NCBI GenBank assembly: GCA_963825595.1
Contig: CAWGUE010000026.1
Location: 26,651-90,650 of the forward strand
DNA from: an uncultured delta proteobacterium
Lineage (GTDB): Bacteria; Desulfobacterota; Desulfobacteria; Desulfobacterales; SG8-13
Length of the DNA: 64,000 bases
Direction of reading: 5' to 3'
Under the pieces are notes generated by a model. The model saw only the letters and a program-made list of their open reading frames with translations. It was not told the origin of the DNA and searched no databases. This document shows positions 1-9,511 of this stretch, piece after piece. Position 1 is the stretch's first letter; the number at the start of each line of letters is the position of its first letter. The translations under genes were made by a program, and so were the position numbers.

Positions 1-339
1 GTTCGATTCCGGTCGGATGCCCTGGTTCCCGGACGGCTGGCAACCGGTGATTATTACTGCCGGGAAGAAAAAGCAGGCGGGTCGATGGCGCGCCGCATTG
101 TCAGCAATCTGGCCGGCGAACTGACCCTGGCAGCCGAGCACCCTTGGGATGCCCCGCCGTCTGCCGGTAACCGGTTAGACATTCTTATCCGGCTCCAGCA
201 ACCTTACGTGCGGCCCGAACTGTGCATCGGCTGCGGCGTCTGCGAGCACGAATGCCCCGTACGGGGACGGCGGGCCATCAGGGTGACCGCGGAAAACGAA
301 AGCCGCCATCCCGAGCACGCGATGATCTTGGAGGCTTAA
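1..339 (+). CDS. 3' end of a 4Fe-4S dicluster/polyferredoxin protein (truncated by window edge)
   Basis: Frame open from base 1; CIGCGVCEHECP ferredoxin motif near the C-terminus. Confidence 0.75.
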   Translation, partial: VRFRSDALVPGRLATGDYYCREEKAGGSMARRIVSNLAGELTLAAEHPWDAPPSAGNRLDILIRLQQPYVRPELCIGCGVCEHECPVRGRRAIRVTAENESRHPEHAMILEA

Positions 340-340
340 A

Positions 341-556
341 CAGTGGCCACCCATAAACGCCCCTTAGGTTCTGATTCCCAATATCCCTTTGTCCCGCGCC
401 GAGCATCGGCGAGATGAACGGAAAAAAGCGCGCGGAACTGTTTGAGTCCGCCGCATGCGGGCGAGTTTTCGCGGGCTCCTGCGCATCGACGACGCGCCGC
501 AACGGTGCAACTTTTCCGAGTCCTCCACCAGAGGTGGAGGGCTTAGATCGATACTA
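341..556. repeat. Possible degenerate MITE/REP-like intergenic element
   Basis: Starts CAGTGGCCACCCATAAACGCC, resembling the reverse complement of the right end of the 37405/48100/61707 elements; contains hairpin CTCCACCAGAGGTGGAG. Confidence 0.35.
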
Positions 557-581
557 AAACATCCAAGAAAGGACGGATATC

Positions 582-1802
582 ATGTCTTCAAAAAATCACG
601 ACCACCTGACCCGCAGATCGTTTCTCAAGGCTGCCGGTACCGTCGGCCTGGGATCGCTTGTGGCCAACTATGGAGAAAGCGCGGCGGCCTCTACGAACCC
701 GGTGACTTCGTCGGAGACCCTACCCAGACGCTCTTTCGGTAAAACCGGTGAGATGGTGCCGATTCTCTCACTGGGCGGTATGTTTGACATCCCCAACAAC
801 CAGCTGTTGCTCAAACAGGCCGTCAAGTGGGGTGTCACCCACTGGGACACGGCCAACTCTTACGGTGGAGGGCGCAGTGAAAAAGGGATCGGAAAATTTT
901 TTGCACGCTATCCGGAAGATCGCAAAAAGATCTTTCTGGTCACCAAATCCGGTGCCTGGACTGTCAACGGCATGACGGAACATCTGGAAAAATCACTTGA
1001 AAGAATGCAGACCGACTATGTCGATCTATTTTTCGTCCACGGTATCAGCAGCATTCGGGAAATGGATAACGACGTTAAAAATTGGGCTGAAAAGGCCAAG
1101 TCCGCGGGTAAAATCCGCTATTTCGGCTTCAGCACCCACAGCAACATGGAGGAATGCCTGCTGGATGCGGCCAAGCTCGGCTGGATCGACGGCATCATGA
1201 TGACTTACAATTACCGTTTGATGCATTCAGACAGGATGACGGCTGCCGTAGAGGCTTGCACCCGGGCCGGCATCGGCCTGACCGCCATGAAAACCCAGGG
1301 CGGTGGACCGATAAAGACTGAAACCGAAACGGAGATGAAGCTGGCCGGCCGGTTCCTGGAGAAGGGATATACAGACGGACAGGCCAAGCTCAAGGCGGTC
1401 TGGGAAAACCCGCTCATCGCCACCATCTGTTCCCAGATGCCGAACCTGACACTGCTGATGAGCAACGTGGCCGCGGCAGTGAACAAAACCCGCATCAGCG
1501 CCCGCGACAAAAAAATGCTGCAGCAATATGCCCTTGAAACACAGTCGCATTACTGTGCCGGCTGCACCGGTATCTGCGAACCGGCGGTGGCCCATAAGGT
1601 GCCCATCGGTGACGTCATGCGCTGCCTGATGTACAGTCGCAGCTATGCGGATTTCAAACAGGCGCAAGATGTGTTCCGAGAGATACCGGCCGCAGCGCGC
1701 GAGCGGTTGACCAAGCTCGATTACTCGGCGGCAGAGCGCCGTTGCCCCCGCAAGCTTTCCATCGGTCGTCTCATGCAGCAGGCGGCCCGGGACCTGGGAT
1801 AG
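582..1802 (+). CDS. Aldo/keto reductase with Tat signal and C-terminal Cys motif
   Basis: TRRSFLK twin-arginine motif; DTANSYG..SE and LERMQTDYVDL AKR motifs; YCAGCTGIC...CP tail. Confidence 0.9.
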   Translation: MSSKNHDHLTRRSFLKAAGTVGLGSLVANYGESAAASTNPVTSSETLPRRSFGKTGEMVPILSLGGMFDIPNNQLLLKQAVKWGVTHWDTANSYGGGRSEKGIGKFFARYPEDRKKIFLVTKSGAWTVNGMTEHLEKSLERMQTDYVDLFFVHGISSIREMDNDVKNWAEKAKSAGKIRYFGFSTHSNMEECLLDAAKLGWIDGIMMTYNYRLMHSDRMTAAVEACTRAGIGLTAMKTQGGGPIKTETETEMKLAGRFLEKGYTDGQAKLKAVWENPLIATICSQMPNLTLLMSNVAAAVNKTRISARDKKMLQQYALETQSHYCAGCTGICEPAVAHKVPIGDVMRCLMYSRSYADFKQAQDVFREIPAAARERLTKLDYSAAERRCPRKLSIGRLMQQAARDLG

Positions 1803-1877
1803 CTGAACCGTTCGCCCACTTTCGACCTGGCAAGTAGGAAACCGTTTGAGAGGAACGGTTTCAAATAGGAGAATGAC

Positions 1878-2201
1878 ATGTCAGTGAAAATGGTCTACAT
1901 GACGGCCGGCAGCCGTGAAGAAGCCCGTAAGATCGGCCGGTCGCTGATCGACGCCCGGCTGGCGGCCTGTGTCAACATCATCGACAAGATGAGTTCCATC
2001 TTCAGGTGGGAGGGCGCCATCGAGGAAGCCGAGGAAGTCGTTATGATTGCCAAGACAACGGATACCCGCCTGCCGGCGCTGATGGCGCATGTGACGGCAA
2101 AACACAGTTACGAGTGCCCCTGCATCGTGAGCCTGCCGGTGGAAAACGGTCATCAGCCGTTTCTGGACTGGATCGCGACCGAGGTGGACGACTCTCAATA
2201 A
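1878..2201 (+). CDS. cutA: Divalent-cation tolerance protein CutA
   Basis: RLAACVNI, FRWEG and HSYECPCI motifs; AGGAG RBS. Confidence 0.93.
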   Translation: MSVKMVYMTAGSREEARKIGRSLIDARLAACVNIIDKMSSIFRWEGAIEEAEEVVMIAKTTDTRLPALMAHVTAKHSYECPCIVSLPVENGHQPFLDWIATEVDDSQ

Positions 2202-2279
2202 CCCTGTGCGGATCTCGACGTTTGTCGGCCACCCGATCACTGACAATACACGACGTCGCATAGAGGTGGCACCTTAAGA

Positions 2280-2705
2280 ATGAACGCCGACCAACAGAAT
2301 GATTTGCCGGAGGACACCTCTGGTCCGATCGCAACAGGCCCGGCTGCCACTGCCGACGATCCAGGGCCACCCAGCCAAAAGGATCGATCCGTCGGCAAGG
2401 TGCTCATCGGGGCAGAACTCGACAAGGTTCTGACGATTCTGACTGTAGCGGCGATTCTGGCAGTGGTCATTACCCGTGCCCGCAGAATACTTGTTCGGGC
2501 CGTCGCTCAAAGCACTGCCGCCAGTGACCTTTCACGTTTTTTCGCCCCAGAGATCGCCCGGCAGATCACTGCGGCTGAAGAAGAGATTCGGGCCGGTAAG
2601 GGACAGGTGCGACATGCGGCCATTTTAAACACCGATATCCGTAGTTTTACGCGCATGGCGACCACGATCGAACCGGATGAACTCATGGTCATTCTCGCTG
2701 AATAA
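2280..2705 (+). pseudogene. Fragment of a membrane-bound class III adenylate/guanylate cyclase
   Basis: TM helix, LSRFFAPEIA helical region and AILNTDIRSFT first catalytic motif, then TAA; rest of the domain absent. Confidence 0.65.
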
Positions 2706-2865
2706 TTGATGATTTAGAGCTTTCATTTTGTGCACCGCTGTGCTTTGATGCCCGCCGCAGCCGTCAAAGACCTGTTCCAATCTTTGAATCGGACTGGCTT
2801 TACTCCGTGAAATAAATGCTTATTATGGACCTGTTTCGAGCGCAACCCACAAAGGAGGCACGTTC

Positions 2866-3378
2866 ATGTACAACAAAGTCGTGATGGACCATTTCAGAAA
2901 CCCCCGGAACGTCGGAGTTATTGAAGATGCAGACGGTATCGGCGAGGTCGGCAATCCCCTGTGCGGCGACATGATGACAATCTACCTGAAGATCGAGAAC
3001 GAGAACATCGGTGACATCAAATTTCAAACCTTCGGGTGCGGATCGGCCATTGCCGTCTCGAGCATGCTCACCGAAATCGCCAAGGGCAAGAGTTTGGATG
3101 AAGCCAAAAAAATCACCAACAAAGACGTGGCCAAGGCCCTCGAGGGTCTGCCGAAGAATAAGCTCCACTGTTCCAATCTTGGCGCGGACGCGCTGCAGAT
3201 GGCAATCAAGGACTACGAAGACCGCAAAGTCGGAAAAAAGCGCCCGGAGTTGATCCGGATCGACAAGCACGAGCACTCGCACGGCGAACAGTGCTACTGC
3301 CCCTACTGCGACATCGAACTGGAAGGCGGCACGACTTTTTGCGACGCCTGCCAGAGCAGCTTAGAAGAAGAACATTAA
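2866..3378 (+). CDS. iscU: IscU/NifU-N Fe-S scaffold with C-terminal His-rich/zinc-ribbon extension
   Basis: DHFRNPRNVG, NPLCGD, FGCGSAIA and KLHCS (three scaffold Cys); tail HEHSH-CPYC-CDAC; AAGGAGG RBS. Confidence 0.92.
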   Translation: MYNKVVMDHFRNPRNVGVIEDADGIGEVGNPLCGDMMTIYLKIENENIGDIKFQTFGCGSAIAVSSMLTEIAKGKSLDEAKKITNKDVAKALEGLPKNKLHCSNLGADALQMAIKDYEDRKVGKKRPELIRIDKHEHSHGEQCYCPYCDIELEGGTTFCDACQSSLEEEH

Positions 3379-3400
3379 ATCGACCGGAGAATGAGGAGCG

Positions 3401-4576
3401 ATGAAAATCATCAACCTGGATCACATATCTTCCAAGCCGCTGCTTCCGGAAGTCAAAGCGGCCATGGTGGAGGCCATCAACAAAGACTATCACAATCCCT
3501 CCAGTCAGCATAAAAGCGGAGAGGTGGCCGCCGAAGCCCTTGATCAAGCCCGGGAATCGGTTGCCGGCCTGATCAATGCGGCCCTACCCAAGGAAGTCGT
3601 ATTCAATTCCGGCGGCACCGAGTCGGTCAATCATGCCATCAAGGGCGTGGCCATGGCCAATGCCGAAAAAGGCAAACATATCGTCACCTCGAACATCGAG
3701 CACACAGCCGTTATCAGGAGTCTTCGACGGCTCAAGTCGATGGGGTACAAGGTGACCTCGGTCTCCGTAGACGAGAAGGGGCGCGTCAACCCCCGGGAAG
3801 TGGCTGAGGCTATCACCGACGAAACCATCCTGGTCTCGATCATGCACAGCAACAACGAAACCGGGACCATTCAACCCATCGAGGAAATCGGCGCCATTAC
3901 ACGCGAAAAGAAAGTGATCTTTCACACCGATGCCGTCGATTCCGTCGGCGTGGTACCGATTGACGTCCAGGAAATGGGTGTCGATCTGCTCAGTTTTGCT
4001 GCCAACAACTTTTACGGCCCCACCGGCGTCGGTGGGCTCTACATTCGTCGCGGCACGCGCATTTTCCCCCTCATCGACGGCGGTGTTCAGGAAGGCAACA
4101 AACGCGCCGGGACCGAAAACCTGCTCGGCATCATCGGCACGGGTGTCGCCGCCGACATCACCCGCCGCAACCTGGACAAATGGTACCGCCATTACAAGGC
4201 GCTCACAACCAAACTGCTCAATGACCTGCCCGAATACATAGACGATTACATCATCAACACCCACCCCGAACACAGCCTTCCCAACATGGTGTCGATGTCG
4301 GTGCAGTACATCGAGGGTGAAAGTGTCATGCTGATGCTCGATGACGACAACATCGCGGTGTCCACGCGATCGGCCTGTGCCACCGGTTCCCTGCGGGCAT
4401 CACATGTGCTGATTTCCCTTGGACTCAGCCATGCGGACGCCCAGGGAACACTGGTGTTGTCTTTCGGCAAAGACAACACCGTCGAGGATGTCACGGCCTT
4501 TCTGGTCGCGCTGAAAAACGTGGTCACGACGCTGAGAAATATCTCACCGCTCTACCAGAAGGTTGCTCAAGGATAA
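3401..4576 (+). CDS. IscS/NifS-like protein, atypical (PLP Lys absent)
   Basis: SGGTES, EHTAV, NNETGTIQP, RAGTEN and SAC motifs; canonical SxHKxYGPKG reads AANNFYGPTG. Confidence 0.9.
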   Translation: MKIINLDHISSKPLLPEVKAAMVEAINKDYHNPSSQHKSGEVAAEALDQARESVAGLINAALPKEVVFNSGGTESVNHAIKGVAMANAEKGKHIVTSNIEHTAVIRSLRRLKSMGYKVTSVSVDEKGRVNPREVAEAITDETILVSIMHSNNETGTIQPIEEIGAITREKKVIFHTDAVDSVGVVPIDVQEMGVDLLSFAANNFYGPTGVGGLYIRRGTRIFPLIDGGVQEGNKRAGTENLLGIIGTGVAADITRRNLDKWYRHYKALTTKLLNDLPEYIDDYIINTHPEHSLPNMVSMSVQYIEGESVMLMLDDDNIAVSTRSACATGSLRASHVLISLGLSHADAQGTLVLSFGKDNTVEDVTAFLVALKNVVTTLRNISPLYQKVAQG

Positions 4577-4765
4577 CGGACCCCGCCGCCCCTTTTGAGC
4601 CCGGCGGGGCGGTGGCCGCTATTCAGGGCCGGTGTTTAAAATGTGCGCGGGCGCCCCACGGCGGCAGAAACGTCCTACGATTGAAGCCACCGCCGCTCAT
4701 TCGAGGAGGAAACGGCGGGGATTCGATGGACGTCATTGGGGCCGGAAAGGATCTCTGCTGACATC

Positions 4766-5428
4766 ATGCTGATCGCAGACAACCTCCACGCCTTTATCTG
4801 GAAGTCCAACACGGTAAACAATTGCAACGCCTATCTGCTCGATGGGCCGACACCGATCCTGGTCGATCCCGGCCATGCCCACCTGTTCGATCACGTCCGT
4901 CTTTCCATGGAAAAAGTGAATCTGGCGCTCGACGATCTGGGAATGATGCTTTGCACCCATGCGCATCCCGACCACATCGAGGCGGTCGAAAAGCATAAAC
5001 CCTCCACCGCCCTTTTCGCCCTCCACCAGGCGGACTGGCAACTGGTGCTTTCCATGGAACCCCAACTGCTGGCCATGGGCCTGCACCTTGAAGGGGTTAC
5101 CCCTGATTTCTTCGTCACCGAAGGAACGCTCGACATCGCGGGCACAGAGTTGCACGTGTTTCACACCCCCGGCCATTCGCCCGGTTCGGTCTGCTATTAC
5201 TGGCCGCGGCACAAGGCGCTCATTACCGGTGACCTGATCTTCAAGGAAGGTCTCGGGCGCACGGACCTGCCCGGCGGCAGCAGCGCGCAGTTGAAAACGA
5301 GTATCTTGCGGATGGCGGAACTCGACCTTGAATGGATACTACCCGGTCATGGTGAGATCATAAGGGGTGCGGCTGATGTCCGCCGCAATTTTGAACAGCT
5401 GGAATCGTTCTACTTCGCGTATATTTAA
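4766..5428 (+). CDS. MBL-fold metallo-hydrolase
   Basis: THAHPDH, TPGHSPG, TGD, GRTDLPGG and PGHG motifs. Confidence 0.9.
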   Translation: MLIADNLHAFIWKSNTVNNCNAYLLDGPTPILVDPGHAHLFDHVRLSMEKVNLALDDLGMMLCTHAHPDHIEAVEKHKPSTALFALHQADWQLVLSMEPQLLAMGLHLEGVTPDFFVTEGTLDIAGTELHVFHTPGHSPGSVCYYWPRHKALITGDLIFKEGLGRTDLPGGSSAQLKTSILRMAELDLEWILPGHGEIIRGAADVRRNFEQLESFYFAYI

Positions 5429-5470
5429 ATTGAATTCACCGCCGCCCGGAATCGGCGCAAATTTTCGCGA

Positions 5471-5992
5471 TTAATCTGATTGTTTCAGACGGTCCAGCAT
5501 TTCCTGGAAACAGGTCCGAATCCCATCCCATTCTGACACCCATTGAGGATCGGCCTCGAGGTTAGGCACTACGGCAGATCCCTTGATGTTGCGCGTTTGG
5601 GCCAATGCGTCCTTCAAATCGCTGCGCCGCTGTTTTTCGGCCGCATTCAGCGCCAATCGATATTCTTCCAGGACCGCATCCAGGCCGGAACAGTCAAATC
5701 CGAATAGTTCTTTCGCGACCGCCAACCAGAGGGCGTTGTCCTGATCCAGGCCGATACGGTCGAAAATTTCGGTTCGCATCCACGCTGCGTCCAAACCGGT
5801 GGTTTTCTGCATCTGTTGAATTTGATCTTTCAGCTGCTCGAGGGACAGCAGGCCGTCAAGGTGTCTTTGCAACAGCCCCTTGAATAACTTTTGCTCCTGG
5901 AGACGACTTTGCTGTTGTTTTTCTTCCGCGCTGAGCGTCAGGTGCCTGGTTTTTTCCATGACCAGGTCGAGTGTGCTCTTTATCTCTCCCAT
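5471..5992 (-). CDS. Hypothetical helical protein
   Basis: 173-aa ORF starting MGEIKSTLDLVMEKT; natural composition. Confidence 0.75.
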   Translation of the reverse strand: MGEIKSTLDLVMEKTRHLTLSAEEKQQQSRLQEQKLFKGLLQRHLDGLLSLEQLKDQIQQMQKTTGLDAAWMRTEIFDRIGLDQDNALWLAVAKELFGFDCSGLDAVLEEYRLALNAAEKQRRSDLKDALAQTRNIKGSAVVPNLEADPQWVSEWDGIRTCFQEMLDRLKQSD

Positions 5993-6139
5993 GTCTCGAC
6001 GTCCTTGGCTGTGCGTCCTTCAGCAACCGGTGTCCGGTGAAGATTTTTTCCGTTTCATAACGATATACCGGATGGCATCGTTTCTTTCCGCTCGAATGGA
6101 ACGACAAGGATTGCACTTGAAACGGTTAGCGGGGAAATA

Positions 6140-6574
6140 CTAGGTGCTTCCCATGCAGATGGTTTTGATGATCGGTTCGAACTCGGGGCGAATGTCGACA
6201 AGCGCCTGTAGTCTTTGCTTGTCGAAAATGGTTTCCAATGTCGGTGGCGAAAGCTTGATATCGACTTCCTTGGCAACCGTTTCGACCGTCACCGAAAGGG
6301 CATAAAGGGTCAATTTTTCGAACATGTCATTTTCCTGAATCTCGAGGCTGTCCCCATTCAAGTGGCGCAAAATTTCCGAGACGCAGGCCGAGAGAATCGG
6401 GTCGGCGGTAAAGTTGGCTTGGCGGCAATTGCCCCCTTCGAAATTCGCATCCAGAAAATCATCGACCATTTTCTGGATGCGTGTCAGCCATTCAACGTTG
6501 AGATTCTGGGGCAAAACCGCCTGGGGGCCTTTTGACAAGACTTCATTGCTGAATTTTGACAATAGCATGCGCAA
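6140..6574 (-). CDS. Hypothetical protein
   Basis: 144-aa ORF between co-oriented neighbours; AGGA upstream. Confidence 0.7.
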   Translation of the reverse strand: MRMLLSKFSNEVLSKGPQAVLPQNLNVEWLTRIQKMVDDFLDANFEGGNCRQANFTADPILSACVSEILRHLNGDSLEIQENDMFEKLTLYALSVTVETVAKEVDIKLSPPTLETIFDKQRLQALVDIRPEFEPIIKTICMGST

Positions 6575-6624
6575 ATTCCTGTGATTGATTGGTACCGAAA
6601 TTTCGGCCGTTCAGTGCTTCCCGC

Positions 6625-7059
6625 CTACTTTGAGGGAAATATCAATTGGTCCAGAATCAAACCGTGAAATCGGTCACCGCTCTCAGAGGCGAAGAGCCAT
6701 CCGAGATGAACCAAACATGCACTGCAGACGGCAACTTTCCAACGATAGCCTTTAAACCAAGTGAATTCTCCGGTGGCCGGGCCGGTGGTGCCGCATCCGT
6801 CGGCCGTTCGAAAACAACCGATGTCATATACGATCCCGTGGGGGTTCGCGAAAGTATGGTGATAGGCGCCTTCCTTTTCGGTCTGCTCGTCCGGATGCGT
6901 GACGGCGTGACCGCAGCGGCGACAAAGAATCAGTTTTTCTTCCTTCTCCTTTGTCTCGTGTCCAACCGCCTCTTGCGGACGGCCGCCCGGTTTTCCACGG
7001 GCCGGCTTGTCCCCCGGCAGGCGAAACCAATATAGAAGCCCGCTGTCGGCCGTATTCAT
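6625..7059 (-). CDS. Cereblon-like (CULT domain) zinc-binding protein
   Basis: CRRC...FANPHG...TWFKGYRW...CSAC..HLGWLF signature. Confidence 0.9.
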   Translation of the reverse strand: MNTADSGLLYWFRLPGDKPARGKPGGRPQEAVGHETKEKEEKLILCRRCGHAVTHPDEQTEKEGAYHHTFANPHGIVYDIGCFRTADGCGTTGPATGEFTWFKGYRWKVAVCSACLVHLGWLFASESGDRFHGLILDQLIFPSK

Positions 7060-7171
7060 GACCGTTGCATTCCATTGAGTGCACGACCGCTTGGCCGGCC
7101 GGCACCCGACCGCAATCGCTTTACATGCGATTCAGCATCGTTATATTCAGAGCGAATTGTCCTGAGAATCT

Positions 7172-7409
7172 AGAAGCCATCTCGAAAAAGTCTTTTCGCC
7201 CGATCCGCCAAAGGCGGATAAATCTCGGTGTTGAGCCCTCGTCTTTGGCAGGGGCGCAGGTCCCTTCCCGCGCCTCTGCGGACATACGTGAGTATGCGTG
7301 CGGGTTGGGACCCATAAAGAAGAATCGATCAGGCGGGGAATCCCGCACAGCGGGGATCCTCGGTCTCGCCTTGATCTGGACTGAAAATCATCATTTTGAG
7401 ATCGCTTCT
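7172..7409. mobile_element. MITE-like element with imperfect terminal inverted repeats
   Basis: Left AGAAGCCATCTCGAAAA versus right (revcomp) AGAAGCGATCTCAAAA; internal hairpins TCCGCCAAAGGCGGA and CATACGTGAGTATG. Confidence 0.6.
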
Positions 7410-7448
7410 CATCAATCATTGTCGAAAAATAAAACAAAGGTAGCCCGC

Positions 7449-7994
7449 ATGAAAAAAAATTTCAACTGGGTGATACTGGTCCTGCTGCTGCTCTTGAGTC
7501 AGACAGCCTTGGCTCAATCCAGCGCTATCGACGGGCGCTTCGAAGAGATTATTGGTCGTCTTTATTTAAACCACAGAAGCCTGTCGGTCGTCTATACCAA
7601 TCTGCACGACGCTGCACTCGATGCCGTCAACGGAACCGACCAGCAGCTCAGCACCATTCAAAAGTCCTACCTCTTTGTCAGTGAGGCCAACTTCGTGTGC
7701 TTCTACCAGTGGGAGCTGCTTTCTATCACGGGATACATAAAGGACAGCCATCGCTCCGACTATTTTACACTGCGGGTTAAGGATCTGGAGCGGGCCGCCT
7801 TCGAGTCACGCGACCGGGTTGTTTCCCTGAAACTCTATTCCGCCCAAATCGAGAACCCGGAACCCCGCGAGCTGCTCGATGAGGCCGTCGGCCTCATCGA
7901 GGCCAACATCGACATGTTTGAAGAATTAGCGGACCTGCTCAAACCCCTGGCAAACCCGCCCAATCCTTTTAATCGCAGCCTGCGCGACTCCTGA
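7449..7994 (+). CDS. Hypothetical exported helical protein
   Basis: MKK + hydrophobic core + ALA signal peptide; start reassigned to ATG 7449. Confidence 0.75.
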   Translation: MKKNFNWVILVLLLLLSQTALAQSSAIDGRFEEIIGRLYLNHRSLSVVYTNLHDAALDAVNGTDQQLSTIQKSYLFVSEANFVCFYQWELLSITGYIKDSHRSDYFTLRVKDLERAAFESRDRVVSLKLYSAQIENPEPRELLDEAVGLIEANIDMFEELADLLKPLANPPNPFNRSLRDS

Positions 7995-8183
7995 CCCGGA
8001 CGAGCGTATCGGCAGCTTATCCGCGCTGATGGAACCCTCGAGCAACAGGCTGATCATGGGCCGGGAATACGGTGGAAATGACTCGTCGCCGATCATGGTA
8101 ATGTCACCTGCGGGGTCGAATTGGCGGATGGTCTCGGCAGCGGTAACACCGGCAACGCCGTTTCCAAGTATGAGGTATTTCAT
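7926..8183 (-). pseudogene. 5' fragment of an FAD-dependent pyridine nucleotide oxidoreductase
   Basis: ILGNGVAGVTAA Rossmann motif and PYSRP; GGAGG RBS; similarity ends after about 60 aa where it meets the convergent gene. Confidence 0.75.
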
Positions 8184-8527
8184 CTTGGCCTCCAGTTGAC
8201 ATGCATGTGTTAGCCCACGGGCGCATGGGGCGGAAGGGGGTTCCGGACAACAGTTGGTCAGGGCGGGATTCCGCCGGGTCAGATCCGGATGCGGATATAA
8301 AGATTCCAGGAGAAAAATTTGAGCTGCATTTGCCCTCCTGAAGCGTTCACAGAACCATTCGGTTGATTGGAGAACATGGCGCAGATGGAAGAATCAATAT
8401 CGGCTCGCGCTGCGGATGTCAAGCGCGATTGGGGAAGGATGGCGCAAGGAAAGCGACCGCAAAATGTATCCAACCCGATCATTGGCCAAGGGTCTCAACC
8501 ATGCGGCATGCTGCTGCATTCAAACAG

Positions 8528-9511
8528 TCACTGGACAGCTAGAACGATTTTGCCGAAATGGCGACTGGCTTCCATCTCCCGGTGAGCGTCGGCTGCCGCC
8601 TCGAGAGGGTAGACCCGGTGCACCAGAGGTTCGATCCTCCGTTCTATGATGTGCGGCATGACCCGCTCCCTGAAGGCCGCCGTGATCCGGGCCTTTTCAG
8701 CAACACTGCGGGCGCGGATGACCGAGCCGATGACCCGCTGACGTTTGACCATCAAGTGGGCCAGGTTGATCGAGGCCGTGGCGCCGCTGGTCACCCCGAT
8801 GATCACCAGTCGCCCGCCCACGGCCAGAGCCTTCAAGTTGGGCGCCAGGTAATCGGCGCCGATATGGTCCAGGATCAGGTCTGCGCCGCGGTTTGCGGTG
8901 AACGACCGCACCTCGGCTGCAAAATCCTGTGAGCGATAGTCGACCACCCGATCCGTCCCCAGGGCCGCAACCCGGTCGATTTTTCCGGAAGAGGCCGTCA
9001 CGATGAGGGTCGCGTCCGGGGTCAGGGTTCGGCAAAGCTGAATCGCCGCCGTGTTGACGCCGCCGCCGCCCCCGTGCAGGAGGGCGGTTTCACCGGGCTG
9101 GAGGTCACCGATCAGATAAATATTCAAAAATGCCGTGATGTAGGTTTCGCTGATGCAAGCGGCTTGGGTGTAATCCATTTCCTCCGGTATGGGAATCAGA
9201 TGGCCGGCATATACCAGGGCATATTCGGCATAACCGCCGCCGGCCACGAGGCCCATAACCCGGTCTCCCGGTTTCCAATCGCCCACTCCGGGTCCGAGAG
9301 CGTCAACGACACCGGCCACCTCCAGACCGAGAATCGGCGATTCGCCCTTGGGCGGCGGGTAGTTCCCCTGGCGTTGAATGATGTCGGCCCGGTTCAACGA
9401 TGTCGCCATCACCCGGACCCTCACCTGATTCGGGCCCGGTACAGGCATGTCGGTCTCTCTGACCTGCATCATTTCCGGCCCGCCGAAAGCGTTTAAAAGG
9501 ACGGCTCTCAT
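8528..9511 (-). CDS. NAD(P)H:quinone oxidoreductase, PIG3/MDR family
   Basis: NRAD..QRQGNYPPPKG..ILGLE, GGGYAEY and HFGKIVL motifs. Confidence 0.92.
   Translation of the reverse strand: MRAVLLNAFGGPEMMQVRETDMPVPGPNQVRVRVMATSLNRADIIQRQGNYPPPKGESPILGLEVAGVVDALGPGVGDWKPGDRVMGLVAGGGYAEYALVYAGHLIPIPEEMDYTQAACISETYITAFLNIYLIGDLQPGETALLHGGGGGVNTAAIQLCRTLTPDATLIVTASSGKIDRVAALGTDRVVDYRSQDFAAEVRSFTANRGADLILDHIGADYLAPNLKALAVGGRLVIIGVTSGATASINLAHLMVKRQRVIGSVIRARSVAEKARITAAFRERVMPHIIERRIEPLVHRVYPLEAAADAHREMEASRHFGKIVLAVQ

Noticed and set aside
7065..7448. N-terminal 128 aa of the 309-aa ORF
   Set aside because: Runs through a repeat element; a signal peptide begins at ATG 7449
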